Source: a virus. Taken from it: 64,000 nt of DNA. Below are positions 29,141-39,808 of this stretch, in pieces (the first letter of the stretch is position 1; every line of letters starts with the position of its first letter). Below the pieces are notes generated by a model, which made no database searches, was not told the origin of the DNA, and worked only from the letters and a program-made list of their open reading frames with translations. The DNA is taken from IMG/VR virus record IMGVR_UViG_3300046311_000263, positions 13,376 through 77,375 of that record; one strand, 5' to 3'. The position numbers and the translations under genes were made by a program.

Positions 29141-31911
29141 TATACCATCACCTCTACTTCTATTGTACTTTTAGACCAATTAGGACTTAAAGATATAACT
29201 TGACCGGTTTTACCACTACCTAAGCCAAACCTTGGATGGGTTAAAGTTACTTGTTGTCCTAACTTAAGTCCTAATAATTTGGACGTTCCTGTGAAGGTGT
29301 AAACAGTTCTAGGTAACTTGTAGTAATTTAGCAATCTAGTTGCTTCCTCGTTTGCTGCAAGAGTAGTTATTAAATACGAATCTCTTTGTATAGGTTCGGT
29401 TGTTAATCTGTAGGTTGAAACAGTAAGAGGATCAGTAACTGTTTCTATTAACCATTCTGTGGACATAGCATCTTTATTTGAATCTGGAATAGCAGTAGTA
29501 ATATTTGACTGTACTGTCCAATTTTTGCAGTAAGCCAACTTAATACTTCCTAATATATCTGGCCTATTACTAATAGAGAAGCTACCTGCGTACATATCAC
29601 TAGCTGTTATATCGGTAATGTTGGGATTACTAAAAGGGCTACCTAATCTAAGTAACTGCAGCAATCCTTGTCTATTTATATATACTTGACAGCCTATACT
29701 ATAAGCCAAAGTTTGTATAGTTTCCAGTAGATTTTCTCTATCTAGAACTACGTAACCCATTGCAGGAATATTAACAAAACTTGCAGATAGGGCGCTAAGA
29801 CCACTAATATCTATTTCGCTCTCCGCGAAACGCTTAGTAGGTTGTCCGTAGGATGTTACTAATAGTTGAATAATATCCACTACATTATTTGTATATCCTA
29901 TGTTTGATTTATAAACACCCTGTACAGAGCAAGTGATAGTACCAGATGCGGGGGAAGTTAGAGTAAAGGTACCCTGACTATTGTTAACTACGGCCCCGGT
30001 TTCTATACCACCTCTTGTGTAAATAGGATAGCCATTATCTCTAATTTCTGTAATACCTTCACTATATCCATCATTAAATAAATAAGTCAAAGTGCTAGGA
30101 TCTATTAGTATTGGAGTTATGTTATGCACTTCACCAAATACTATCGGGCGAACTACGTCTTGATTTGTTTGTCCAGATGCCCAAGTACCTGTAGTGCCTA
30201 TTAAGCGTTCAGTAACTGGACCATTTAATCTTTCCTGTTTATCTCTCAGTACCAGATTTACAGTATCTCTAGATCGGGATTTACATTCATCTATAACGCC
30301 ATTGTAAATTAGACTAAATATAGAATCTATATCATCTATAGTAGCTAGCTCCCACGTAGGGTCCCCGAAATAAATCTTTATCTCTCTATTACTCCATACG
30401 TATTTGCCAGAGTCTAACCAATCGTCAATGGCTCCATTTGGGTTACTAAGTTCTATATCTCCATAAGAAACACTAGGTGTATTATCTAGTCCTAGTGCTT
30501 CTGAAATAATGAAATTTTTACTTATTAAAGGTTCAAATACTACAAGACTATCCTGTGTGATTAAACTACTATTAGATAAATATACATTTTCTTCTTCAGT
30601 AGTTATAATATCTAGCGAGGTAGTAGGTATTGCAGTAGCATAAACAGATACTTTTTGTACCCATTGCTGACCTTGCTGGCCCCCACTAGAGCTCCATCCG
30701 GCGTTACCTATACCTAGCCTACTATTAGATACAGGCATACTTCCGGTAACATCAGTAGTTCCTAGTATACCATTTGCTGCTACATTAAACAAGGTTGCTT
30801 TAGCTGCCCATGCTGCAGATAGTACCTCACCGGAAGTAAATGTAACTCCAGAAGTAATGTTTGCACTATTTACTCCGGCAGATTTAGTAGTACCCCAAAT
30901 AACTCCTGAAGCATCTGTGTACAAGTACGAAGTATTATTAATGTTGGCTCCGCCAATACTAAGCAATACCATGTCATTAGTATTATACTTTATGGTGCCC
31001 TCATATGCTAAAGTATATTCGGTAGCGTTGAACCAAGGAGACAGTGTATTTACTAGCACCACATCCGCGGATCTAGTAACAGCGGCGTTAGTTGTTTTAA
31101 TAGAACTTGTAGGGAACGTTCCTATTTCTAGCTGAGGTAGTCCTATAAGAACAGTTAAGTCTATAGCCAATCCGGAAGTCAGGCCTATAGAGAATAACAT
31201 ATAAACTCTATCTGATGTGGCTTCAGTAATGTAATTATTACTAAATTTAAGTAAATTATTTGTTAGAGCTACTGCTTCTACTTGCTGAGATATAAATCCA
31301 CCACTATCATAACTCATTAACGTTATTCCAGTAGAACCTACGTTAGTTAAGGAACCCGCAGCTAACTGTAAATACGCCGATCCAGATACATTAGTACCTG
31401 GACTGAACAACAAATTGGCAGTAGTGTCAAATGATATAAAAGTAGTGCCGTTAGCAGACGGGGTGCCGCTAATACGTAGTTCTATACAAGGTACCCCATT
31501 ATATGTGGATATAGACACAACAGTTGTGCTGATGCCTGTAGCTCCATTGGTAAAACTATTCCAGTTGGTTGGAAGCGTGCCGGGTACCCCCACGACAGCT
31601 CCCACCATAGTATTATTTCTAATATAGTTAGTTCTTGTTTCTTCTACTAATAAGCCTAACGGAGCTAAAGTAGTAGGATCATGATCTATTCTAGGTACAT
31701 TTGCTTCTGCAAACTCTAGTAGGCCTTTAGAGTTTGTAAAGGCCGCTGAAGAGGCTCTAGTAAATGTGATTCTAGGATCTATAGTGCCGCCGCTATTAAT
31801 AAAATCTAGAAAAAGAGAAGGTACTTCCGGCGCTTGCGGTTTCCTTTTAGCAATAACAAATAACCCTCTGGCACGGGTACTATCTTCTAACCATTCCTGC
31901 GAATACGCCAT
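29140..31911 (-). CDS. Tail-tip/hub protein with LamG-like insert
   Basis: RITFTRAS/GLLVEETRTN spike-like domain; C-terminal PIVFGEVHNITP and LGQQVTLTHPRFGL; follows tape measure. Confidence 0.7.
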   Translation of the reverse strand: MAYSQEWLEDSTRARGLFVIAKRKPQAPEVPSLFLDFINSGGTIDPRITFTRASSAAFTNSKGLLEFAEANVPRIDHDPTTLAPLGLLVEETRTNYIRNNTMVGAVVGVPGTLPTNWNSFTNGATGISTTVVSISTYNGVPCIELRISGTPSANGTTFISFDTTANLLFSPGTNVSGSAYLQLAAGSLTNVGSTGITLMSYDSGGFISQQVEAVALTNNLLKFSNNYITEATSDRVYMLFSIGLTSGLAIDLTVLIGLPQLEIGTFPTSSIKTTNAAVTRSADVVLVNTLSPWFNATEYTLAYEGTIKYNTNDMVLLSIGGANINNTSYLYTDASGVIWGTTKSAGVNSANITSGVTFTSGEVLSAAWAAKATLFNVAANGILGTTDVTGSMPVSNSRLGIGNAGWSSSGGQQGQQWVQKVSVYATAIPTTSLDIITTEEENVYLSNSSLITQDSLVVFEPLISKNFIISEALGLDNTPSVSYGDIELSNPNGAIDDWLDSGKYVWSNREIKIYFGDPTWELATIDDIDSIFSLIYNGVIDECKSRSRDTVNLVLRDKQERLNGPVTERLIGTTGTWASGQTNQDVVRPIVFGEVHNITPILIDPSTLTYLFNDGYSEGITEIRDNGYPIYTRGGIETGAVVNNSQGTFTLTSPASGTITCSVQGVYKSNIGYTNNVVDIIQLLVTSYGQPTKRFAESEIDISGLSALSASFVNIPAMGYVVLDRENLLETIQTLAYSIGCQVYINRQGLLQLLRLGSPFSNPNITDITASDMYAGSFSISNRPDILGSIKLAYCKNWTVQSNITTAIPDSNKDAMSTEWLIETVTDPLTVSTYRLTTEPIQRDSYLITTLAANEEATRLLNYYKLPRTVYTFTGTSKLLGLKLGQQVTLTHPRFGLGSGKTGQVISLSPNWSKSTIEVEVMV

Positions 31912-31938
31912 ATAAATCCTTACCTTTATAATATAGCT

Positions 31939-31967
31939 ATTATAACATACACCAAAATTACTGTCAA
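31939..31967 (-). promoter_or_regulatory. sigma70-type promoter
   Basis: TTGACA-17-TATAAT with TG. Confidence 0.88.
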
Positions 31968-32021
31968 GAGTAATTTTGGTGTATGGACAAACAGCCCAAT
32001 ATTTCTATTGAGCTGTTTGTA

Positions 32022-35000
32022 TTATGAACCCTGGTACTCTGTTTGAGTTCTCCAGAATTCTTCTTTAGATGTTTCTTCCACGGTTTTAGCAATTACAACC
32101 GCAGCTGCTTGTGTTGATTGATCGTTAGTAATTATTATTGCATTAGTTTGTGCTTCTTGTTCTTCGCGTAACAGGCGTAGGGCTTCTTTTAAACCAACTA
32201 TTTCATTAACTAGAGGTTGTAAATCTATAGTTATCTGAGGTACAGGAGGCTGAACAGTTACTGCTGCTAACATGTCTTGTTGCCATACTAGCATTGCGGA
32301 GTCCGAAACTAGTTTTGCTTCGTCGCTGACTATTTTCTGTGCCTGTAGTTCGTTTATTAGTTGTCTTGTATAGTCTATGTTTAATTTAGAGGTGTCGTCG
32401 ATTGAGTCTAAAATTAAGTTACTAGTCTTAATTTCTTCAAGTTGCATATCTGCGGCGGATTTCTGTTCAGATAATATTGAAGTATTACTGTCCAGAGTAT
32501 TCAGTACAGAATTAAAATCTGTAATGTACTTATCTCCGCTTGCAAATAGCAATCTAGAACTATCAAGGAACTTATCCGCAGCTGTAGGCAGTTCGCTAAG
32601 GGCTTTAGTTTTTTCTTCTTCTGACGAAGTAGTTGAAGCAGCTACAGCTCTTAAACGTTCAAATTCTGACTGTACTTCTTGGTATTTCTGAAGAGGAGTT
32701 AAAATAGATTTATCTCCTGCTAGTAGTACCTCTCTATAGTTAGTAAGACTATCAAGAGAAGTTTGTAAGGACTTTGACAGTTTGTCTAGAGCGTCTCTTT
32801 GTTTAATTAGTTTATCTTTTGATCGTTTTTCGTCTTCTAATGCATATATATACTCTTGATTAGCTATTAGTATTTCCGACTGAGCAGCCGGGTACTTCTT
32901 TAACTCTTCAATTTCGGCAGCACGTCTAATTGCGACTATCTTTAGCTGACTTTCTTCGTCGCCTAGAAGCTCCAGAATTTTAATCTGTTGGGCTTCTACT
33001 TTTTGACGCATTTCCAGTACTGACAATGCTTCTTGCGCAGACTCATATACTTTAGCAAATGCTGGAGCTAAGTCTAGCAATGTATTATATAGTTCTCTAG
33101 CGCTAGGGTTACTTAAATCTTTAGCTAAAGTTAACGTTAAGGCTTTAAATTCTTCTTTTGTATCAATTGAGCTTAAGCCTAGTTCTGCTAGTCTTTCTGT
33201 TAAATCTTTCTGAATTGGAGCTAAACGTTCAGCTTCGGACAAGAAATTATCAAGGAAAAATCTTTGCTTATCTAGGAACTCATCCAGCCCACCTGCTAGT
33301 GAGGCCAAAGCTTCAGTGATTTCTATACTCTTAAGTTTAATTTGCTCGGTGGTAATACCTTCCGAAATTATCTCACTTAAAGCACTAACTGAATCAATAC
33401 CTAGGCTTTTGAACGACAACAATACTTTTTCATTTGTGTCTAGTACACGCAGAACTGTCTCTGCCATACCTTCTCCAAATTTACGGTACTGAAGCAAGGA
33501 GTCAAAAACTGCCCCGGCTGCACTATCCATCATAGCACTAATTATATTACCTAGCTCTTCCTCTAACTCCGCGCCTTTTAGACCTCTTAGTGAGGCCAGC
33601 ATGGCTACAGGTACAGAAGCTAATCCTGCTAAGATATCCTCTTTAGCTCTACCTAACTTATCTCCTAATTCTAGGAAAAGGTCTGTGGCATTACTAAATA
33701 TATTTGAAATTTCTGCTGCCACACCGGCATCAAGATCCTTAAACTGATCACTAGTTTTAACACTAGTACTGCCACCAATTCCTAAGAATCCGCTCTTCTT
33801 CTTAGTAGTTTGTAAGGTTTCGTACTGTTGAATACTTCCGGCTTTGTTAAGAGCTAGGTCAATGAAACTTCCTACGAACTTAACTCCACTATCAATAATA
33901 TTCTTACTAGTAGTGCTTCCGAATAGTCCTGTAATTCCACTAGTCTTAGTACTTTCCTTTGTACCAAAACCTGTACCAGTCCTTAAGCCTGCTACTCCAT
34001 ATAGGTTTCTAGCGGCTCCGCCTATAGCTTCGTTAATGCTTTCTAGTAGCTTTACTGTCTTGCTATCATAAGTTAAACCTTCAATGCTTGTCTCTTTAAT
34101 TCTATCTAAAGAATTTTGAATTGACTTGCTCTTAGCGTCTGCATCTCCAAAAACACCGCCACCGTTTTCAACTTTCTTACCGTCTACCCAGGACATTCCT
34201 GTACCTTGAGTTTCCTGTCTGTCAGCTGCAGAAGATCCGGCCTTTATATTTACGCTAGAGCCGCCACCAAGTACGGAGGCAACAGCTGCTGCAACTAGAG
34301 CTCCAATAGCAATTTTCATAAACCAAGGGCTATCCTTCATAGAGTCTACTACAGCTTCTTTACCTTTTACGGTAGCTCGTGTAGTAGAGTTAGCAACAGC
34401 ACTAACAGTTGCCGAGGCGTCCATAACCATTTCTCTGATAGAGTTAGCTAATTTAATAGCAGCCAGGCCTTTTTCAAGTCCAGCAAATAGTTTGTATGCT
34501 GCGGTCTTTTCTTTAAATAGTTTCTTTGTAGAACCTATTGCCTTAATAGCAGTTTCGTCCTCCAATTTTACACGCTTTTTAGCGAACTTATCTTCTATTT
34601 CTGCCTGCTCTTCGGCACTCTTACCAATTTTCTCATTATCACGTTGCTTAGTTAGTTCTTCGCTTTTCTTAGTAGCTTCAAACATCGAGGCCGCTAAGTC
34701 CCCTACAGCGGAACCTAAACTACCAAAAACTACTTCTAGTCCTTTGATAATATCCTCTTGATTTTTTAGTTCAAGATTTAACTTAATCTGCTCATCTGTC
34801 TGTTGTTTTGTAAGTTCTATGCCAGAAACCTTGAAGGCATTAATTCGTGTAATACCAGATACCTGAGTAGCGTAAGCTGCTTGAGCTGCCGCAGCCTCAG
34901 CTTCTAGAAACTGTTTTTCTCTACTACCATCTTCGGCCTTAGATAGTTTATTATCAATACCTAGTTTAACCTCTCTGTAGGCTAAAGCTGCTGAACGTAG

Positions 35001-38000
35001 TTGGTCAAAATAATCTAACTCTAGCTTTGATAAAGATATTCTTTCTTGCTCTTTAGCATAGTACTCTTCCGAAATTAAATTTCTTTGTTGTAAGCTGGAT
35101 AATTCTTGTAGTCTAAGATCGGATTCTTGCAGTAAACTTTCTTTTGTAATACTACCTACTTGATTTAATCTGTCTGTCTGTATAGCCCTAAGTTGAGTCT
35201 CAAACTCAAAACTCTTAGTATAGTAATTATCATTGATCTGGCTACGTTTTTGCGCAGCCTCTCTCTCCGCTAAGCCTTTATCTGCTTCTACAGACTTAAT
35301 TTTTTCAGCTATTTTACCGTCTCTGTCTCCAGCTGTTTTTCTTACTTTTTCTAGTTGATCTAATTCAGATTGAAGCTTTATTTTTTGCTTGAGTTCATCG
35401 CTAGCTACCTTATCTAACTCAAATTGTTTTTGCTTTTCTAAGGTGAAATTACCTGCTACTCCTAATAAGGACGCGTAACTACCTAGAGCGGCACTATCAA
35501 TATTAGATTGCTTATCTTTAGAAACGGCAATATCTACTTCGGCCGCTGCCTTTATTGCCACGGATTCTAGAGAGTTTTGTAACAATTTACCAAACTCTGC
35601 TGCTTTAAGTTTAACTAACTCTAGTTGTTTATTAAGCGTTTGTGCCACATATGTCTGCAATATAGCGGCCCCACCTGCTTCGTCTGGATTATTACTAGAC
35701 ATTGCTGCTGTAATACTTTTAATATTACCGGATTTCTTTAAAGCTTCTGCTATTCCTAATTGTTTTAGTGACGCAACAATTTGAGCTAGTTGTGCTCTAT
35801 CTTCATCATTTTTGTTATTTTTCGCGTTTAATAGCTTTTCTTTTTCAGTTAAAACTAATTTCTCTAGTTGTAGACTTAAATTAGTAGTAGCTTCTACGTT
35901 AGCATATAAAGCATTCACAGATGAAACCTGTGCAGCTGTTTCCGCTTTAATTACTTCGCGATCTCTTGCTGTAGTATCTACGCCTAGATTTTTAGCAGCA
36001 GATAGCGCTGATTTTTGTACCTCTAAACCAGCTTGTCTTATACCAACACTAAAGGATTGTAGAAGTTTCTCGTTTCCTTTTACAACAAGCTCTTGCCCTA
36101 TTCTTGCGAATTCGGCATTTTTTGCGGAAATTACTCCTAATAGTCTTGCTTCGTCTCTTTGTAGTCTATCAAGTTCCGCTGAGGCAGTACTGCGTACTTT
36201 AGTGGTACTTCCCGTACGGCTTAACTTTTCAGTCTCTCTAATTTTATCTCTTAATTCACCAAGAGATTTAAGTAGGGCGTCTATATTATTTTTACTATTT
36301 AGTAGTAATGTAACCGAATCAGTAGGTAGGATACTAAGCGAGTTAATATCCTTAAGAAGTACGCTTATTCCAACAAGGCCTTTTTGTGGATCTTTTAAGG
36401 CTTCGTTAAAGCTTTTGCCTGCATTAACGGCTAAGGTACCAATTTTAGACATTTCGTCCTTAGGTAACAATTTGGCCATTGAAGATGACATCTCTGTAGA
36501 TAGCTGGTCTAAGCCGCTCTTAAATGAAGTCAGTGCCGCGGCGGAAGTGTTAACTTCCCCACTAATAAGCTTAAACACCGAACCTACTTCTTTAGAAGTA
36601 GCCAGGGCGTCTTTTAGATCTAGATCGTCAATAAATTCTGCTACTGCTTCTTTATCTCCTATATCTATACCCTTAAATAATTTGGAAATCTTTCTTTCTG
36701 CTTTTGCCTTAATTTTAGGGTCTTCAATAGCATCTAAAGAAGCTAAGATAGAAGTTGCTAGACTATTACCTAAATCATCGGTTGCAGAAAAACCAAATAT
36801 ATCAAGGAACTTATCCTTGAATCTATCGTAGGTTCTTTGGCTATCAACTAGCTTCTGTAAACCAGAGATAACACTTTCCACAGCATCCGAAACACCTAGC
36901 AATGAAGTAGCTAGAGCTTGGCTGCTTTCGGTACTAATTTTGTCTGCAGCACTCTTTTTAGCAATAGCTTGTAAAGAACTCTGTACTGTAGTAGAAGCAC
37001 TATTTAAGGTTTCTAAAGAGTTTGAGTAGTCTTCTAATTGCTTAGCTGACTGAGAAAATACAGAGTCAAGAATCTGAAAAGCTGCTGCAACAATACCCGC
37101 GTACATAAACATACTACCAAGTGAGCTTATAAGAGTACCTGCCGCTTGACCAACAATTCTAAACGCTCCTGCCGATTTAGTAAGAACAGCATTAAAATTG
37201 GTCATATTCTTACGACCGTCTTCAAACTTTTTACCTGTTATATCTATACCGTTTTGTGCGTCTCTAACGTTAGCATTTAATTCTCTAAGCGCTCCGGCCA
37301 CTCCTAGAATAGGGGCCTTATCAGTTATATTATTTAATATATCTAATCTTTGGGATTTTTGTGAGGCTTTATTAGCAATACGCTCTTGCTGAGCGGTTAC
37401 TGAAAAATACTCCTTTAACTTTGCAGGCCTATCTTCAATTAATTTGTCTAACTGTGTTTCCGAAACTAATTGTTCTTTTTTTGCAGCTATAATAGCTCGT
37501 ATACCTGCAACTTCGTCAAGTCTAGCTTGTTTAGTTTTATCTGTTAAATTACTACGCGATAGAATATTATCTATACGCTGAGCCTGCTTATCTAGCTTAT
37601 CAATCTCTTCTTGGGATGCTAAAGCTCCAGAGGTAGGTAATATTTCTACCGTTCCTTTTAAGGCTTTCTTAAGATCTAACTTATTTATAGCTGCCTGTGC
37701 GGAAGCCTTAGCTTGCTCTAATTTAGTAATTAGAGGGGCTATTATTTTATCTTCTTTATCTATTTCACGAAGTCTTGCAGCCTGCTTTCTAGCATTAGCA
37801 CTTTCAATAACAAACTTACGCTGAGATTCGGCAGCTTTATCTAGCCTAGCTCTCCAGTCTGTTAATGCAGGAATAGCTTGCTTTAATAAAATACTGGCTA
37901 TACCCGCTAAAGCCACACTTAAAGCGGCAGGACTAGCATTCAATATACTAAGAACTGGAGATAAAGCAGTATTTAATAACTGCCCGAAAGCAATACTTAA

Positions 38001-38831
38001 GTTCTGTACTGTAGCTAGAAGTTTTGAGTAGGGGTTAGCCGCTAAATCAATAGCTCCGAATTTAGCTTCACCTTGTGCTAGTACAGCATTCGCGAATGCT
38101 TGTCTACGCTCAAAATCTGTTAAGCTAGTAGAAGTCTTACCAATGCTAGATGCGTACTTACGGGTTGCATCGTCTAGACGTACCATAATACCGATTTCAT
38201 CTAATAGTTCGGGTTCTAGCTTTGTAATACCTCGGGTAAGACGGTTAACCGCATCAGGCATAGATACACCTAACGCCTGGGAAGCAGTCTTAGCAACTTT
38301 ACCTAAACGTAATATATTAGTTGCACTCAATCCTCCGGCGCTAGCATTAGCGGTCGATCTAAGAGCATCTTCTAACGAAATAGCACCGTCAGTAACTTTT
38401 ACTAAGTCTTTGGCTAGAGAACCTAGATTTTTACCAGATGCGGCACCTAACTGATCTAAGCCTTTTACTAGGTTAGATACGTCTGCCGCTTTTGACAAGG
38501 CGCTGAAAGCAGCTGTAGCCGCAAATAAGTTTGCAGCAAACGTAGCGTAAACCTGTACAAGGCCGCCAAGTCCCTGAGATTGCTTAGCAAAATCTCGACC
38601 AGCAGCACCAGTACCTGGACCAATACTGCGAGTAAGACCAGACGCTTCACCGTCTTCTCTGCCACGCGCAGACGCAGCTACGCCGCGCCTAGCTGCCTGT
38701 ACAGCAGGAGACACAGAACTAGCGGATGCTGCAGCCCTTCTTAATTCGGCTGTTAACGCTTTGGCTTCATCAGTAGTCCTACCAATAGAGCCGTTATCGG
38801 TAAGATTAATATTTACATTTGCTGTTGCCAT
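32022..38831 (-). CDS. Tape measure protein (pb2-like)
   Basis: 2269 aa, Ala/Leu/Lys-rich helical, KLEPELLDEIGI motif, follows tail chaperones. Confidence 0.93.
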   Translation of the reverse strand: MATANVNINLTDNGSIGRTTDEAKALTAELRRAAASASSVSPAVQAARRGVAASARGREDGEASGLTRSIGPGTGAAGRDFAKQSQGLGGLVQVYATFAANLFAATAAFSALSKAADVSNLVKGLDQLGAASGKNLGSLAKDLVKVTDGAISLEDALRSTANASAGGLSATNILRLGKVAKTASQALGVSMPDAVNRLTRGITKLEPELLDEIGIMVRLDDATRKYASSIGKTSTSLTDFERRQAFANAVLAQGEAKFGAIDLAANPYSKLLATVQNLSIAFGQLLNTALSPVLSILNASPAALSVALAGIASILLKQAIPALTDWRARLDKAAESQRKFVIESANARKQAARLREIDKEDKIIAPLITKLEQAKASAQAAINKLDLKKALKGTVEILPTSGALASQEEIDKLDKQAQRIDNILSRSNLTDKTKQARLDEVAGIRAIIAAKKEQLVSETQLDKLIEDRPAKLKEYFSVTAQQERIANKASQKSQRLDILNNITDKAPILGVAGALRELNANVRDAQNGIDITGKKFEDGRKNMTNFNAVLTKSAGAFRIVGQAAGTLISSLGSMFMYAGIVAAAFQILDSVFSQSAKQLEDYSNSLETLNSASTTVQSSLQAIAKKSAADKISTESSQALATSLLGVSDAVESVISGLQKLVDSQRTYDRFKDKFLDIFGFSATDDLGNSLATSILASLDAIEDPKIKAKAERKISKLFKGIDIGDKEAVAEFIDDLDLKDALATSKEVGSVFKLISGEVNTSAAALTSFKSGLDQLSTEMSSSMAKLLPKDEMSKIGTLAVNAGKSFNEALKDPQKGLVGISVLLKDINSLSILPTDSVTLLLNSKNNIDALLKSLGELRDKIRETEKLSRTGSTTKVRSTASAELDRLQRDEARLLGVISAKNAEFARIGQELVVKGNEKLLQSFSVGIRQAGLEVQKSALSAAKNLGVDTTARDREVIKAETAAQVSSVNALYANVEATTNLSLQLEKLVLTEKEKLLNAKNNKNDEDRAQLAQIVASLKQLGIAEALKKSGNIKSITAAMSSNNPDEAGGAAILQTYVAQTLNKQLELVKLKAAEFGKLLQNSLESVAIKAAAEVDIAVSKDKQSNIDSAALGSYASLLGVAGNFTLEKQKQFELDKVASDELKQKIKLQSELDQLEKVRKTAGDRDGKIAEKIKSVEADKGLAEREAAQKRSQINDNYYTKSFEFETQLRAIQTDRLNQVGSITKESLLQESDLRLQELSSLQQRNLISEEYYAKEQERISLSKLELDYFDQLRSAALAYREVKLGIDNKLSKAEDGSREKQFLEAEAAAAQAAYATQVSGITRINAFKVSGIELTKQQTDEQIKLNLELKNQEDIIKGLEVVFGSLGSAVGDLAASMFEATKKSEELTKQRDNEKIGKSAEEQAEIEDKFAKKRVKLEDETAIKAIGSTKKLFKEKTAAYKLFAGLEKGLAAIKLANSIREMVMDASATVSAVANSTTRATVKGKEAVVDSMKDSPWFMKIAIGALVAAAVASVLGGGSSVNIKAGSSAADRQETQGTGMSWVDGKKVENGGGVFGDADAKSKSIQNSLDRIKETSIEGLTYDSKTVKLLESINEAIGGAARNLYGVAGLRTGTGFGTKESTKTSGITGLFGSTTSKNIIDSGVKFVGSFIDLALNKAGSIQQYETLQTTKKKSGFLGIGGSTSVKTSDQFKDLDAGVAAEISNIFSNATDLFLELGDKLGRAKEDILAGLASVPVAMLASLRGLKGAELEEELGNIISAMMDSAAGAVFDSLLQYRKFGEGMAETVLRVLDTNEKVLLSFKSLGIDSVSALSEIISEGITTEQIKLKSIEITEALASLAGGLDEFLDKQRFFLDNFLSEAERLAPIQKDLTERLAELGLSSIDTKEEFKALTLTLAKDLSNPSARELYNTLLDLAPAFAKVYESAQEALSVLEMRQKVEAQQIKILELLGDEESQLKIVAIRRAAEIEELKKYPAAQSEILIANQEYIYALEDEKRSKDKLIKQRDALDKLSKSLQTSLDSLTNYREVLLAGDKSILTPLQKYQEVQSEFERLRAVAASTTSSEEEKTKALSELPTAADKFLDSSRLLFASGDKYITDFNSVLNTLDSNTSILSEQKSAADMQLEEIKTSNLILDSIDDTSKLNIDYTRQLINELQAQKIVSDEAKLVSDSAMLVWQQDMLAAVTVQPPVPQITIDLQPLVNEIVGLKEALRLLREEQEAQTNAIIITNDQSTQAAAVVIAKTVEETSKEEFWRTQTEYQGS

Positions 38832-38886
38832 AATCTCTCTTTATTCAATGTGCCGAAAAAATTCGTCACCACTTTAGCATGCTCCA

Positions 38887-38915
38887 ATTATATCACTATA
38901 CCAACGCGGTGTCAA
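38887..38915 (-). promoter_or_regulatory. sigma70-type promoter
   Basis: TTGACA-17-TATAAT with TG. Confidence 0.88.
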
Positions 38916-38935
38916 TAAGTAAAATTTTAGAGCAT

Positions 38936-38971
38936 AAAAAAACCCCGTAAGTTTTATCTTACGGGGTTTTT
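38936..38971 (-). terminator. Intrinsic terminator
   Basis: AAAAACCCCGTAAG...CTTACGGGGTTTTT. Confidence 0.8.
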
Positions 38972-39277
38972 AGTTTCTGGCTTCTTACTCTCGCTAAACA
39001 TCTTTTTACGTATAGCATCGATTACACTTACCATATCGAAAGTAAAACGTCGATCCTCCTCCGGTACTTCTAGAATATTAAATATATCCACTATACCGTT
39101 AAAATTCTTACCTAGATACCTACCATTAAAGTAGTCCCAATCATCTTTTAGTTTATCATAAAGATATAAAATATGCTGGACGCTAGGATGTAGATCGGAG
39201 TACTCTATAGGCATGTCCTCTTCTCTAATAGCTTCTCCTAGAGCTTCGCAGGCTTGTATATAACCCTCACGGGTCAT
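38954..39277 (-). CDS. Tail assembly chaperone, C-terminal (frameshift) part
   Basis: Frame open back to slippery site at 39346-39352. Confidence 0.8.
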   Translation of the reverse strand: MTREGYIQACEALGEAIREEDMPIEYSDLHPSVQHILYLYDKLKDDWDYFNGRYLGKNFNGIVDIFNILEVPEEDRRFTFDMVSVIDAIRKKMFSESKKPETKNPVR

Positions 39278-39318
39278 ACCAAGCTTGCTATTTTCAAAAT
39301 AAGAAGTTAAGTCAGCAG

Positions 39319-39738
39319 TTACTTGGTTTCGCTGCGCTTCGAAAAGTTTCCCAGTTCTGTCACAATTTCAGAAACAAATGCGTCGAAATTAGAAGACGAT
39401 TGCATTAGGAACAATGCGTTTTCGTCGGTGAAGTCTAATTCAGATTCTTTATCATTAGTACCTAGATCTACCGGAGCTAGCTGCTCTAGATAAGACAGCT
39501 TAAGGCCCTTCCAGCCCTTAATAGCTGCAGCTACGTATAGCTGTAAGAATAACTTGTCATCTAATTCTTCAATTTGCTGACGATTCTTGAATACCTGCTT
39601 GGTAGATTTCTTGCGAATGTTAATTAACGTTTCGCGAGATAGGAACGATAGATTCAATGTGAAGCCCGGCATACCTGGGTAGTCAACTTCCACGCTCTTG
39701 CTTGGAACTAACAGGGTCTTCAGTGATAATTGTGACAT
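39319..39738 (-). CDS. Tail assembly chaperone
   Basis: Between major tail and tape measure genes; AAGGA SD before ATG 39738. Confidence 0.85.
   Translation of the reverse strand: MSQLSLKTLLVPSKSVEVDYPGMPGFTLNLSFLSRETLINIRKKSTKQVFKNRQQIEELDDKLFLQLYVAAAIKGWKGLKLSYLEQLAPVDLGTNDKESELDFTDENALFLMQSSSNFDAFVSEIVTELGNFSKRSETK
39346..39352 (-). other. Programmed -1 ribosomal frameshift site G GGA AAC
   Basis: X XXY YYZ heptamer in phase; -1 frame runs open into the downstream ORF. Confidence 0.85.
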
Positions 39739-39808
39739 ATTGGATTTTATCCTTTTGTAATGGTATGGAAAAAGAAGGGTGGTGATCAAGCCACCCCTGT
39801 AAAACTAA

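Noticed and set aside
35812-36831. 339-aa + strand ORF and other antisense ORFs in the track (e.g. 21426, 17545, 54577, 55557)
   Set aside because: Shadows of well-supported genes on the opposite strand, with no motifs or ribosome-binding sites
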